From the NCBI GenBank assembly GCA_027010265.1, contig JALVCE010000116.1, positions 1,626 to 65,625 on the forward strand: DNA of 64,000 bases, written 5' to 3'. Source of the stretch: Chromatiales bacterium. GTDB taxonomy: Bacteria; Pseudomonadota; Gammaproteobacteria; SZUA-152. The position numbers and the translations under genes were made by a program. Below, piece by piece: positions 31,282-39,831 of this stretch (position 1 is its first letter; every line of letters begins with the position of its first letter). The notes beneath the pieces were generated by a model, which was not told the origin of the DNA, made no database searches, and saw nothing but the letters and a program-made list of their open reading frames with translations.

Positions 31282-31569
31282 ATCTTCCCGCTCTCGTTTG
31301 ACGAAGTCACCCGTGGCGGCATCGAAATACAACTCCCACACCACGCCACGTTTGTCCAGAATTTCCACCTCGTAGAGATGGCGTCCGTCTTCGTTTTCAA
31401 ATTCAACTGCGATTACCCTTCCCGGATGTCTGGCCTGCGCCTTTTTGATGATGACGGTCAAAGGCAGTATCTCACCCGCCTCCTTCAGCTGGCGGGCCTG
31501 CTCGTGATCGTCGGCAAACACACCCAAAGGCGACAGACCTAACAACAAAAAGACTATGACATGACGCAT
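31276..31569 (-). CDS. PepSY-domain periplasmic protein
   Basis: 97 aa. Signal peptide. ILPLTVIIKKAQARHPGRVIAVEFENEDGRHLYEVEILDKRGVVWELYFDAATG is a typical PepSY fold signature. Confidence 0.85.
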   Translation of the reverse strand: MRHVIVFLLLGLSPLGVFADDHEQARQLKEAGEILPLTVIIKKAQARHPGRVIAVEFENEDGRHLYEVEILDKRGVVWELYFDAATGDFVKREREDY

Positions 31570-32133
31570 TCAATCATCCCAATAACGAAAACCCGGAATC
31601 TTCACCTGATGCTCATTATAGGACCCCCGGGAAGCCTGAGTATGGCAAAGATTGCAATTACTGAAAGAACGCACCTTGGGATTGTCCTTTACCATGTGCG
31701 ATGAGAGTTCGTGATGCTTGCGCTTGAAATAGCGGGTGGCGGTGATACGCAATGGTGTGTCGCCCTGTTGCAGGGAACGGCTGATACCCCGCGAGCGCTT
31801 GAAACTGGAACGATCCGCCGCGTTGGTGCTGAGGTAGTCCATGAGCTGCCGGGCATCCGCCCCATCCAGCTCGGCGTTTTCACCAAAGTGATCGTCCAGA
31901 CCGCCCATCAGCCGCTGCCAGGAACGGGCCGGCAGCAGTCCGGGCTGGTAGGGAAAGTGACAGGCACCACACTCCTCGGTGTAAAAGGCGTTGTCTGCCG
32001 GCGCCACATCCAGACGGGACTGACGCCAGCCGCCCTCGCCCTCATCATCGTCGCTCAGTACCACGCCGCTGGCCAGACCCAGGCCCAGGGCGATGCCCAG
32101 CACGTTCACTAAAATCCATGTTGCTGTTTTCAT
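31570..32133 (-). CDS. diheme cytochrome c (DHC family)
   Basis: Signal/anchor segment. Two CxxCH sites (CGACH and CNLCH). Confidence 0.85.
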   Translation of the reverse strand: MKTATWILVNVLGIALGLGLASGVVLSDDDEGEGGWRQSRLDVAPADNAFYTEECGACHFPYQPGLLPARSWQRLMGGLDDHFGENAELDGADARQLMDYLSTNAADRSSFKRSRGISRSLQQGDTPLRITATRYFKRKHHELSSHMVKDNPKVRSFSNCNLCHTQASRGSYNEHQVKIPGFRYWDD

Positions 32134-32157
32134 GTTCTTTACCTCTGCTTGGTAGCG

Positions 32158-32559
32158 CTACTGACTCTGAATAAAGCTCAGCAGGTCGCCCTTTTCCTGT
32201 GCCGTACATTCCCGGCCCCAGGTCCATTTGCAGTTACGCTTGAACCACTTGCGGATCTTTTTCGCACTGGACAGGCGTTCACTGTTCACTGCCGGACTAA
32301 GTGGCTCGATGGCCTTGCCGGTCCTGGCATGCTTGCCGGTACTGCGCAGGTCACTGCTGTGACAGGTGGTGCAACTGCGGGGGCGGCCGTCCCTGGCGCT
32401 CACCACTTTCTGTTGCCACAGTTGCTTGCCCGCTTGTGCGCTGAAGGGCCCGGCGCCACTGGCCCGATAGCTGGCCTGTTGCTCATCCACCACCGCAGCC
32501 AGACAGCTCAGCGGCATGATGAGCACTGCCGCAGCCAGTATCGCGGTGCGCCCGTTCAT
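32158..32559 (-). CDS. monoheme c-type protein, DUF1924 (SHP-like)
   Basis: 133 aa. Signal peptide. Single CTTCH site. C-terminal Cys pair (NCKWTWGREC). Confidence 0.75.
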   Translation of the reverse strand: MNGRTAILAAAVLIMPLSCLAAVVDEQQASYRASGAGPFSAQAGKQLWQQKVVSARDGRPRSCTTCHSSDLRSTGKHARTGKAIEPLSPAVNSERLSSAKKIRKWFKRNCKWTWGRECTAQEKGDLLSFIQSQ

Positions 32560-33185
32560 GCCGCACCGTCCTCGTCGGCGGGCTTGCGTCCGTCCACCAT
32601 GGCCTTCACCAGGTTTTCCTTGTGCTGCAGGCTGGCCATGATCACCCCCAGCACGTGGAAGAACACCAGGGCCAGGGTGGCGTTGGCAAAGAATTCATGC
32701 AGCTCTTCCACCACGTCTTCCCAGAATTCACCGGCCCCGGACAGACTGGCGGCCAGCGGCCCGGCGGATTCCTCGATGCCGTACAGCGCGATACCGCTTA
32801 GCGTCACCATCACCAGCGACAGCAGCAGGGCGATGACCATGGCGCCACCGGCGGGATTGTGTCCCAGATAACGCTTGGGGTGGGTGGTGAGAATGGATTT
32901 GATGTAAGCCCACACCACACTGGGCGGCTTCACGAAATTGCTGAAACGCGCATAGCGGCTGCCGATGAAGCCCCACACCAGGCGGAACACCAGCAGGCTG
33001 CCGATGAGATAACCGGCATAGACGTGCAGGGTGAGCAGGTCATCCTCGGTGAAATAGGCAATGAAAAAGGCGCTCACCAGTGACCAGTGAAAGATGCGCA
33101 CCAGCGGATCCCAGACCTTGACCATTTTTCGGGGTGACTGGGCGTCTGCGGCCTCGTGTTCAAATTTTGCGGTTGTGGTACTCAT
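32556..33185 (-). CDS. cytochrome b561-family membrane protein
   Basis: Start at MSTTTAKF (AGGAGA upstream). VWDPLVRIFHWSLV, YAGYLIG and NPAGGAMV helices with conserved His. Stop overlaps the start of the next gene. Confidence 0.85.
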   Translation of the reverse strand: MSTTTAKFEHEAADAQSPRKMVKVWDPLVRIFHWSLVSAFFIAYFTEDDLLTLHVYAGYLIGSLLVFRLVWGFIGSRYARFSNFVKPPSVVWAYIKSILTTHPKRYLGHNPAGGAMVIALLLSLVMVTLSGIALYGIEESAGPLAASLSGAGEFWEDVVEELHEFFANATLALVFFHVLGVIMASLQHKENLVKAMVDGRKPADEDGAA

Positions 33186-33308
33186 CTCTGTTCTCCTTGC
33201 TGTGTCTCGGTTTTGCCCTTTGTTGACACATACGCTACGCCGCCGAGCTGAAACCAAGCTGAAAAGAAGGACTTTTTTGGGCGATATTTGCCACAGAGGG
33301 CACCGTAG

Positions 33309-33383
33309 AGGACTAAGGACCCAGGACTGAGGACTCAGTAAAAAAACAAGCAATTAGCTACTCAGTCCTGGGCCCTTAGTCCT
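33309..33383. repeat. heptamer-array hairpin (AGGACTN x4, A-rich loop, complementary arm)
   Basis: aggacta aggaccc aggactg aggactc, then agtaaaaaaacaagcaattagcta, then ctcagtcctgggcccttagtcct. Sits in the divergent cytochrome b561 / xseB intergenic region. Confidence 0.85.
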
Positions 33384-33467
33384 TTAACCATTAATTTCCC
33401 GCCCGGATTTGACCCGGCCCGAGTCCCTGCGTTAACGTACCGGCCACCCGGAGAGACGGAAAACCCC

Positions 33468-33704
33468 ATGGCCAAAAAGAAGCAAAAGACCCTCGATTTC
33501 GAGGCCGCACTGGAAGAACTGGAAACCCTGGTGGAACGCATGGAGGACGGCGAGTCCTCGCTGGAAGACTCGTTGAAGGACTTCGAGCGCGGCATCGAAC
33601 TCACCCGCCAGTGCCAGACCGCCCTGGCCGAGGCCGAGCAAAAGGTGGAAATCCTGCTGAAAAAGGACGGCGAGCCACAAACCTTCAACACCGAAGACAC
33701 CTGA
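33468..33704 (+). CDS. xseB: exodeoxyribonuclease VII small subunit
   Basis: 78 aa. [40 protein letters not shown]. Confidence 0.95.
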   Translation: MAKKKQKTLDFEAALEELETLVERMEDGESSLEDSLKDFERGIELTRQCQTALAEAEQKVEILLKKDGEPQTFNTEDT

Positions 33705-33718
33705 GTACTGGCCACCCC

Positions 33719-33746
33719 TTTCCCCTTTTCTCTTTCCCCTTTACTC
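33719..33746. repeat. pyrimidine heptamer array (TTCCCCT TTTCTCT TTCCCCT TTACTCT)
   Basis: Directly upstream of the ispA ATG. The same units recur at 30975-31009 and 49379-49399. Confidence 0.8.
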
Positions 33747-33753
33747 TGCAGTC

Positions 33754-34644
33754 ATGCCCCTGATCCCCCTGCTCAAGACCTACCAGGCCCGCGCCGAAAA
33801 GGCCCTGCAACACTGGTTGCCCGCCGCCGGCATCAACCCCACCCGCTTGCACGCGGCCATGCGCTACGCCAGTCTCGACGGCGGCAAGCGGGTGCGCCCG
33901 CTGCTGGTCTACCTCACCGGGCAGATGCTGGGGGCCAAACCCGCCGTGCTCGACGGCCCGGCCTGCGCCCTGGAGCTGATCCACGTCTATTCGCTGATCC
34001 ACGACGACCTGCCCGCCATGGATGATGACGAACTGCGCCGTGGCAAGCCCACCACCCACATCCAGTTCGACGAGGCCACCGCCATCCTCGCCGGCGACGC
34101 CCTGCAATCCCTGGCCTTTTACATCCTCGCCCACGACCCGGCCATGCACGCCGACGCCGCGCTGCGCCTGCAAATGGTGGAAACCCTGGCCCTGGCCGCC
34201 GGCTCACGGGGCATGGCCGGTGGTCAGGCCATGGATCTGGCCGCCGAAGGAAAGGAAATGAACCTGGCGGAACTGGAGAACATGCACATCCACAAGACCG
34301 GCGCGCTGATCCGCGCCAGCGTCAGACTGGGCGCCCTGAGCCAGCCCGGCGTGGCGCCCGCGCAACTGGAAAGCCTCGACCACTTCGCCAAGTGCATGGG
34401 CCTGGCCTTCCAGATCCGCGACGACATCCTCGACGTGGAGGGCGAAACCGAGACCCTGGGCAAACCCCAGGGCTCGGACGAGGCCCGGGCCAAGGCCACC
34501 TACCCCGCCCTGCTGGGCATGAGTGAGGCCAAGCGCCGCGCCGACGAGCTGCACGCCGAGGCCATCCATAGCCTCGCCCAGTGGGGTGAGGCCGCCCAGC
34601 CCCTGCGCGACCTCGCTGGCTACATCATCCACCGGCAAAGCTGA
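33754..34644 (+). CDS. ispA: (2E,6E)-farnesyl diphosphate synthase
   Basis: HDDLPAMDDDELRRG (first Asp-rich motif) and FQIRDDILD (second). In the xseB-ispA-dxs arrangement. Confidence 0.94.
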   Translation: MPLIPLLKTYQARAEKALQHWLPAAGINPTRLHAAMRYASLDGGKRVRPLLVYLTGQMLGAKPAVLDGPACALELIHVYSLIHDDLPAMDDDELRRGKPTTHIQFDEATAILAGDALQSLAFYILAHDPAMHADAALRLQMVETLALAAGSRGMAGGQAMDLAAEGKEMNLAELENMHIHKTGALIRASVRLGALSQPGVAPAQLESLDHFAKCMGLAFQIRDDILDVEGETETLGKPQGSDEARAKATYPALLGMSEAKRRADELHAEAIHSLAQWGEAAQPLRDLAGYIIHRQS

Positions 34645-34678
34645 AAACACGCATTTTCCTGCAATCATTCCGAAAAGT

Positions 34679-34707
34679 CCGTCACTCCGGCGCATGCCGG
34701 AGTCCAG
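34679..34707. repeat. solo REP unit (diverged)
   Basis: CCGTCACTCCGGCGCATGCCGGAGTCCAG. Confidence 0.75.
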
Positions 34708-34950
34708 GAGAAAAGTGCGCCTACCCCAGGATCCCGGACGCAGCCTTCGCCGGGGCAGGCTCTGACGAACAATGCAAAACCGTAGGTCACGTTGCTCAGC
34801 AACGTGACGGAAGCAAGCGACAGCCTGGAGCTGGCCAGGGCATCCCAAATGGCGCCCGTTTATGTCCCCTCGTTACACTCCGGGATGACGAATTACGTCA
34901 CACTTCCTGATATAATCGCATCCCTTTTCTTCGCTGGCACACTGCAAACC

Positions 34951-36846
34951 ATGTCCGAAACACGCGCCTTCCCCCTGCTGGAAAGCATCCACAGCCCCGA
35001 CGACGTCCGCGCCCTGGACGCCAGCCAGCTCAAGACGCTGGCGGATGAGCTGCGCGCGTTTCTGATCCACACCGTGGGCCAGACCGGCGGGCACCTCTCC
35101 TCCGGACTGGGCACCGTGGAACTCACCGTAGCCCTGCATCACGTGTTCAATACACCGCAGGACAAGCTGATCTGGGACGTGGGCCACCAGAGCTACCCGC
35201 ACAAGATCCTCACCGGCCGCCGCGAGCAAATGCACAGCCTGCGCCAGCTGGGCGGCATCGCCGGCTTCCCCAAGCGCAGCGAAAGCCCCTACGACACCTT
35301 CGGCGTGGGCCATTCCAGCACCTCCATCAGCGCCGCCTTAGGGATGGCCATCGCCGCCCAGCGCGAGGGCCGCGATGAAAAGGTGGTGGCGGTGATCGGC
35401 GACGGCGCCATGACCGCGGGCATGGCCTTCGAGGCCCTGAATCACGCCGGTTCGCTGGACGCCAACCTGCTGGTGATCCTCAACGACAACGACATGTCCA
35501 TCTCCCCCAACGTGGGCGGGCTGTCCAATTACCTGGCGCGCATTCTCTCCGGCAAGCTGTATCTGGCCGCCCGCGAGGGCTCGAAAAAGGTGTTGTCGCA
35601 GATCCCCAACATGTGGGAGCTGGCCAAGCGCGTGGAAGAACACGCCAAGGGCATGGTGATCCCCGGCACCCTGTTCGAGGAGCTGGGTTTCAATTACATC
35701 GGCCCCATCGACGGCCACGACGTGGATTCCCTGGTGAAGACCCTGGGCAACCTCAAATCCCTCAAAGGCCCACAGTTCCTGCACATCGTCACCAAAAAGG
35801 GCAAAGGCTTTGAGCCGGCGGAGGAAGACCCCTGCGCCTACCACGGCGTAGGCAGCTACGACCCGGATACCGGCGAAGCGCTTTCTGCCAGCGCCCAAAA
35901 GGCCGCCCCCAGCTACACCCACGTGTTTGGTGACTGGCTCTGCGACCAGGCCGCTGCCGATGACAAACTCATGGGCATCACCCCCGCCATGCGCGAGGGC
36001 TCGGGCATGGTGGCCTTTTCCGAGCAGTTCCCGGAACAGTATTTCGACGTGGGCATCGCCGAACAGCATGCGGTGACCCTGGCCGCCGGCATGGCCTGCG
36101 AGGGCCTCAAGCCGGTGGTGGCCATTTATTCCACCTTCCTGCAGCGGGCCTACGACCAGCTGATCCACGACGTGGCCATCCAGAATCTGCCGGTGCTGTT
36201 CGCCATCGACCGCGCCGGGCTGGTGGGCGCCGACGGCCCCACCCACGCCGGCAGCTTCGATCTCAGTTTTCTGCGCTGCGTGCCCAATATGCTGGTGATG
36301 GCCCCGGCGGACGAGGCCGAGTGCCGGCAGATGCTCAGCACCGGCTACGCCCACGAGGGCCCCAGCGCGGTGCGCTATCCCCGCGGCTTCGGCCCGGGCG
36401 CGCAGCCGGCCAGGGATTTCGCCACCCTGCCCATCGGCAAGGCCGAGATCAAACGCCGCGGCAGCCACGTGGCCATTCTCGCCTTCGGCTCCATGGTGGC
36501 CCCGGCCATCAGCGCCGGGGAAAAACTGGGCGCCACGGTGGTGAACATGCGCTTCGTCAAACCGCTGGACGAGGCACTGATCCTGGAGATGGCCGAGCAG
36601 CACGAGTGGCTGGTCACCGTGGAGGAAAACGCCGTGACCGGTGGCGCCGGCAGCGGCGTCAACGAATGCCTGGCCGCCCATGGCGTCAGCGTCGCGGTGC
36701 ACAACCTGGGGCTGCCGGATCGCTTCGTGGAACATGGCGAACACGGCGTGCTGCTGGCCCAGTGCGGGCTGGATGCCGCGGGTATCGAACACGCCATCAG
36801 CAACCTGCTGACGCACAGCACCGGGCAGACGCGCATCGCCAAATGA
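34951..36846 (+). CDS. dxs: 1-deoxy-D-xylulose-5-phosphate synthase
   Basis: Start at [50 protein letters not shown] and [12 protein letters not shown]. The ORF-track extension from 34792 crosses REP-containing DNA. Confidence 0.95.
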   Translation: MSETRAFPLLESIHSPDDVRALDASQLKTLADELRAFLIHTVGQTGGHLSSGLGTVELTVALHHVFNTPQDKLIWDVGHQSYPHKILTGRREQMHSLRQLGGIAGFPKRSESPYDTFGVGHSSTSISAALGMAIAAQREGRDEKVVAVIGDGAMTAGMAFEALNHAGSLDANLLVILNDNDMSISPNVGGLSNYLARILSGKLYLAAREGSKKVLSQIPNMWELAKRVEEHAKGMVIPGTLFEELGFNYIGPIDGHDVDSLVKTLGNLKSLKGPQFLHIVTKKGKGFEPAEEDPCAYHGVGSYDPDTGEALSASAQKAAPSYTHVFGDWLCDQAAADDKLMGITPAMREGSGMVAFSEQFPEQYFDVGIAEQHAVTLAAGMACEGLKPVVAIYSTFLQRAYDQLIHDVAIQNLPVLFAIDRAGLVGADGPTHAGSFDLSFLRCVPNMLVMAPADEAECRQMLSTGYAHEGPSAVRYPRGFGPGAQPARDFATLPIGKAEIKRRGSHVAILAFGSMVAPAISAGEKLGATVVNMRFVKPLDEALILEMAEQHEWLVTVEENAVTGGAGSGVNECLAAHGVSVAVHNLGLPDRFVEHGEHGVLLAQCGLDAAGIEHAISNLLTHSTGQTRIAK

Positions 36847-36872
36847 ACATGAGTCAAGGCCCATTCATTTCT

Positions 36873-36944
36873 CGTCATTCCGGCGCAGGCCGGAATCCAG
36901 GAACCATCAAAGAAAACTGGATTCCGGCCTGCGCCGGAATGACG
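36873..36944. repeat. REP/BIME inverted pair
   Basis: CGTCATTCCGGCGCAGGCCGGAATCCAG, 16 nt spacer, CTGGATTCCGGCCTGCGCCGGAATGACG, just after the dxs stop. Confidence 0.9.
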
Positions 36945-37031
36945 CGATTGCCAACACCCTACTAATTAAGCAGTTGCTAATTTATCGGCAATATCTTAGT
37001 TTATTCATCAACAATTCAGATCCTCACGACC

Positions 37032-37415
37032 ATGCCCGCGAAGTACACCCTCAAAGTTGTCAGCGATTTCGCCTCCGCCCACACCCTGCGCGATTACCCC
37101 GGGGCCTGCTCGCGCATGCACGGGCATAACTGGAAAGTGGAGGCCGAGGTAGAGGCCAGCGAACTGGACGCGGTGGGCATGGGCATCGACTTCAAGCAAA
37201 TCCGCCGGCAGGTACGTGAAATCACCGACGTGCTGGATCATCGTTACCTCAACGAAGTGAAGCCTTTCGACACCCTCAATCCCACGGCGGAGAACATCGC
37301 CGCGTTTCTCTTTTCCCAATTATCGAAGGCACTCAACGACGACCGCATTCGCGTCAAGGCCATCACCCTGTGGGAAACCGAGCGCGCCTGTGTCCGTTAT
37401 ACGGACAGTGACTAG
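37032..37415 (+). CDS. queD: 6-carboxy-5,6,7,8-tetrahydropterin synthase (PTPS/QueD family)
   Basis: 127 aa. FASAHTLRDYPGACSRMHGHNW and DHRYLNE motifs. Confidence 0.88.
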   Translation: MPAKYTLKVVSDFASAHTLRDYPGACSRMHGHNWKVEAEVEASELDAVGMGIDFKQIRRQVREITDVLDHRYLNEVKPFDTLNPTAENIAAFLFSQLSKALNDDRIRVKAITLWETERACVRYTDSD

Positions 37416-37478
37416 GGGCGAGTAACGAGTATCTAGGGGTGTTTTTTTCCTAGCTCCTCGAAACTCGCCCCTCGATAC
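37412..37478. repeat. heptamer-array hairpin (CTAGGGG CGAGTAA CGAGTAT CTAGGGG, T7 loop, complementary arm)
   Basis: Left arm 37412-37439, loop tgttttttt, right arm cctagctcctcgaaactcgcccctcgatac. Lies between queD and folE2. Confidence 0.8.
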
Positions 37479-37482
37479 TTAA

Positions 37483-38307
37483 ATGAATAAAGGAACCAAT
37501 GTGACTACCACCACCGCCCCCGACACCTCCATCGCTGACGTGCAGAACTCGGAAGACACCCGCCAGTTGGCCATCAACAAGGTGGGCATCAAGGATATCC
37601 GCCACCCTGTGCGCATCCTCGACCGCAGCGGCGGCGAGCAACACACCATCGCCAACTTCAACATGTACGTGAACCTGCCACACAATTTCAAGGGCACGCA
37701 CATGTCGCGCTTCGTGGAAATCCTCAACCAGCACGAGCGGGAAATCTCCGTGCAGTCTTTCAAGCACATGCTGGCGGAGATGACCCAGCGCCTGGAAGCG
37801 GAGTCCGGCCACATTGAGATGAGCTTTCCCTACTTCGTCAACAAGACCGCACCGGTGTCCGGGGTGCAAAGCCTGCTGGATTACGACGTGACCTTTCTGG
37901 GCGCCAGCACCGGCGACCAGCACGCGACCACCCTCAAGGTGGTGGTGCCGGTGACCAGCCTGTGTCCCTGCTCAAAGAAGATTTCCGAGCGCGGCGCACA
38001 CAACCAGCGCTCCCATGTCACCGTGACCATCAAGACCAACGAATTCGTGTGGATCGAGGATATCATCGACGCGGTGGAAAAGATCGCCTCCTGCGAGCTC
38101 TACGGCCTGCTCAAGCGCCCCGATGAAAAGTTCGTCACCGAACGCGCCTACGACAATCCCAAGTTCGTGGAAGACATGGTGCGCGACATCGCCGCGGCAC
38201 TGAATGAAGACAAACGCATCGACGGCTACATCGTGGAATCGGAAAACTTCGAGTCCATTCACAATCATTCGGCCTATGCACTGATTGAAAAAAACATGTC
38301 GGCTTGA
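37483..38307 (+). CDS. folE2: GTP cyclohydrolase I type 2 (FolE2/MptA family)
   Basis: [31 protein letters not shown] and [21 protein letters not shown]. Confidence 0.9.
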   Translation: MNKGTNVTTTTAPDTSIADVQNSEDTRQLAINKVGIKDIRHPVRILDRSGGEQHTIANFNMYVNLPHNFKGTHMSRFVEILNQHEREISVQSFKHMLAEMTQRLEAESGHIEMSFPYFVNKTAPVSGVQSLLDYDVTFLGASTGDQHATTLKVVVPVTSLCPCSKKISERGAHNQRSHVTVTIKTNEFVWIEDIIDAVEKIASCELYGLLKRPDEKFVTERAYDNPKFVEDMVRDIAAALNEDKRIDGYIVESENFESIHNHSAYALIEKNMSA

Positions 38308-38473
38308 TTTGAAGCAGGAATTACGTAACGCCTAAAAATCTTGTCACCTGCTGCGGGCTGGAAGTCACCTGCTAAAGAAAAGCCAGTGATATAGATCAAA
38401 GCATGCAAACTACAAAACCTAGCCTTCTTTCTGCTTTTGCTCTTAACAAACGGTGAGTCACTATAGGTGTTGT

Positions 38474-38527
38474 CAATGCTGCCCCATTAACCTCAGATTC
38501 GTCATTTCGGGGAGGCCCGGAATCCAG
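38474..38527. repeat. solo copy of the composite-element end plus a REP unit
   Basis: CAATGCTGCCCCATTAAC, 8 nt, then CGTCATTTCGGGGAGGCCCGGAATCCAG. Compare 39504-39557. Confidence 0.7.
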
Positions 38528-38540
38528 TGGCAGTAAGGCG

Positions 38541-38828
38541 TTATAAATTCTTTTCATTCTCTTTATTGTGCCAAACTCGTAGTATATAAATACTTTCACT
38601 GGCCAAAAGGTAACGCACAGTATAGTTGCCAATATAAAGATCGCGGATTCGCTCTGGATCAGGCGCTTTCAAAACAGGTAGGCCAATTTCCGGAAATTGC
38701 TTCAACCTTTCAATACCCTCTTGAAGGTCTATCGCTATTCGACGTGCTGCGAAAGGATTCGCAGCCTCTACATATTCCACCACACGATGAAGATCATCAA
38801 TAGACTCCGGCGAATAGCTTACTTTCAT
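38541..38828 (-). CDS. ParE/RelE-superfamily toxin
   Basis: 95 aa. DDLHRVVEYV...AARRIAIDLQEGIERLKQFPEIG...YTVRYLLASESIYILRVWHNKE. Start overlaps the antitoxin stop by 4 nt. Low-GC island. Confidence 0.85.
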   Translation of the reverse strand: MKVSYSPESIDDLHRVVEYVEAANPFAARRIAIDLQEGIERLKQFPEIGLPVLKAPDPERIRDLYIGNYTVRYLLASESIYILRVWHNKENEKNL

Positions 38829-39091
38829 GATTTAGGTGGCGAGGTGCGATCCTTGGTGCCCCAGCTATTCAGCCAGGCATTCACATCTGTTTCATCAATG
38901 GACTTACCCGCCTTCATGGATTCAAGCACTTTGAGCGTATCCTGCCACCTTGAATCTTCCAGTGACTGTCTCGCAAGATACTCTTTAATCGCTTGATTTA
39001 TAATATAATTTTTGCTCCTATCCAGCTTTTTGGAAAGAGCCTCCAAGGGTTTTTCCACATCGTCTGTGATCCTAATACTCGTAATACCCAT
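38825..39091 (-). CDS. ribbon-helix-helix (CopG-like) antitoxin
   Basis: MGITSIRITDDVEKPLEALSKKLDRSKNYIINQAIKEYL is an RHH N-terminus. Sits upstream of and overlapping the toxin. Confidence 0.82.
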   Translation of the reverse strand: MGITSIRITDDVEKPLEALSKKLDRSKNYIINQAIKEYLARQSLEDSRWQDTLKVLESMKAGKSIDETDVNAWLNSWGTKDRTSPPKS

Positions 39092-39241
39092 GAAACCAGC
39101 CTCCACGTAGCGATATGTATTACATATTATTACAGCCGAAGTCGGTATGGCTAGTGGAATTTTTAAACACCTAAACAAGTGATGGGGTATTTTTTGCGAC
39201 GTCCTAGCCAGGTCTTTGGCTGGCGGGTTTTTTTACCAATT

Positions 39242-39535
39242 TCAAGACTTGACCCTCTCACCTGCAAGACTTGACCACGTCACACCTGACCCTCTCACCG
39301 ACAGTGTAGAGTTGCACTTACAAATTGAATTCACGATTTGAAATAACTGATGTTGCAAGTCATTACTATTCTTGCTCCCACCTGGAACTAAGTGGCAGTC
39401 AAAAGGGTCATTAAATAATTCAGGTGTAGCAGCCCATACTTTTCCATTTCTGAGCAAGCCTAATGATCTTTCGTTAAATACTCGATATTTGTATAGTTTT
39501 TTCCACTGCTGCCCCGTTAACTTTATATCCGTCAT
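39242..39535 (-). pseudogene. N-terminal remnant of a DUF2971-family gene
   Basis: KLYKYRVFNERSLGLLRNGKVWAATPELFNDPFD matches the DUF2971 N-terminus. The rest of the roughly 250-aa family is absent, the ORF tail looks like noise, and its 5' end runs into a REP. Confidence 0.5.
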
Positions 39536-39705
39536 TCCGGCGAAGGCCGGAATCCAGAGGTTTTAACGACATCCTAGATTCCGGCCTTCGCCGGAATGAC
39601 GGTAGAGGTTACTGACTATCATGTCTCAAATTTTCAAATCATGCTGCAGCTCATGAAAAACAAACTATTATGCCCACTAATGCGAATGTTAACGGGACAG
39701 CAGTG
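39504..39705. mobile_element. composite MITE-like element: 18-bp inverted repeats enclosing a REP pair
   Basis: CACTGCTGCCCCGTTAAC (39504-21) and GTTAACGGGACAGCAGTG (39688-705), one mismatch. REP pair inside at 39529-57 and 39574-602. Confidence 0.6.
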
Positions 39706-39831
39706 AGTTTTTTTACATACGGATTTTGCATAGCTCCTGTTAAAGCCTAACACTTTCACCTCAAGCCAGCTCGCCTAGCCATTTGCTTATTCCTTGAGCA
39801 GCCCATTGATTTTATAAATTTAGAGTAGATA

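Noticed and set aside
35338-36864. 508-aa minus-strand ORF
   Set aside because: Antisense to dxs. Same high-GC artefact.
36965-37031. Possible Zur box or preQ1 riboswitch upstream of queD-folE2
   Set aside because: The AT-rich region has no recognisable palindrome matching the Zur consensus and no preQ1-like hairpin that I can identify by eye.
38396-38632. 78-aa minus-strand ORF overlapping the 3' end of the ParE toxin gene
   Set aside because: It overlaps a better-supported gene and a REP unit. The translation has no family features.
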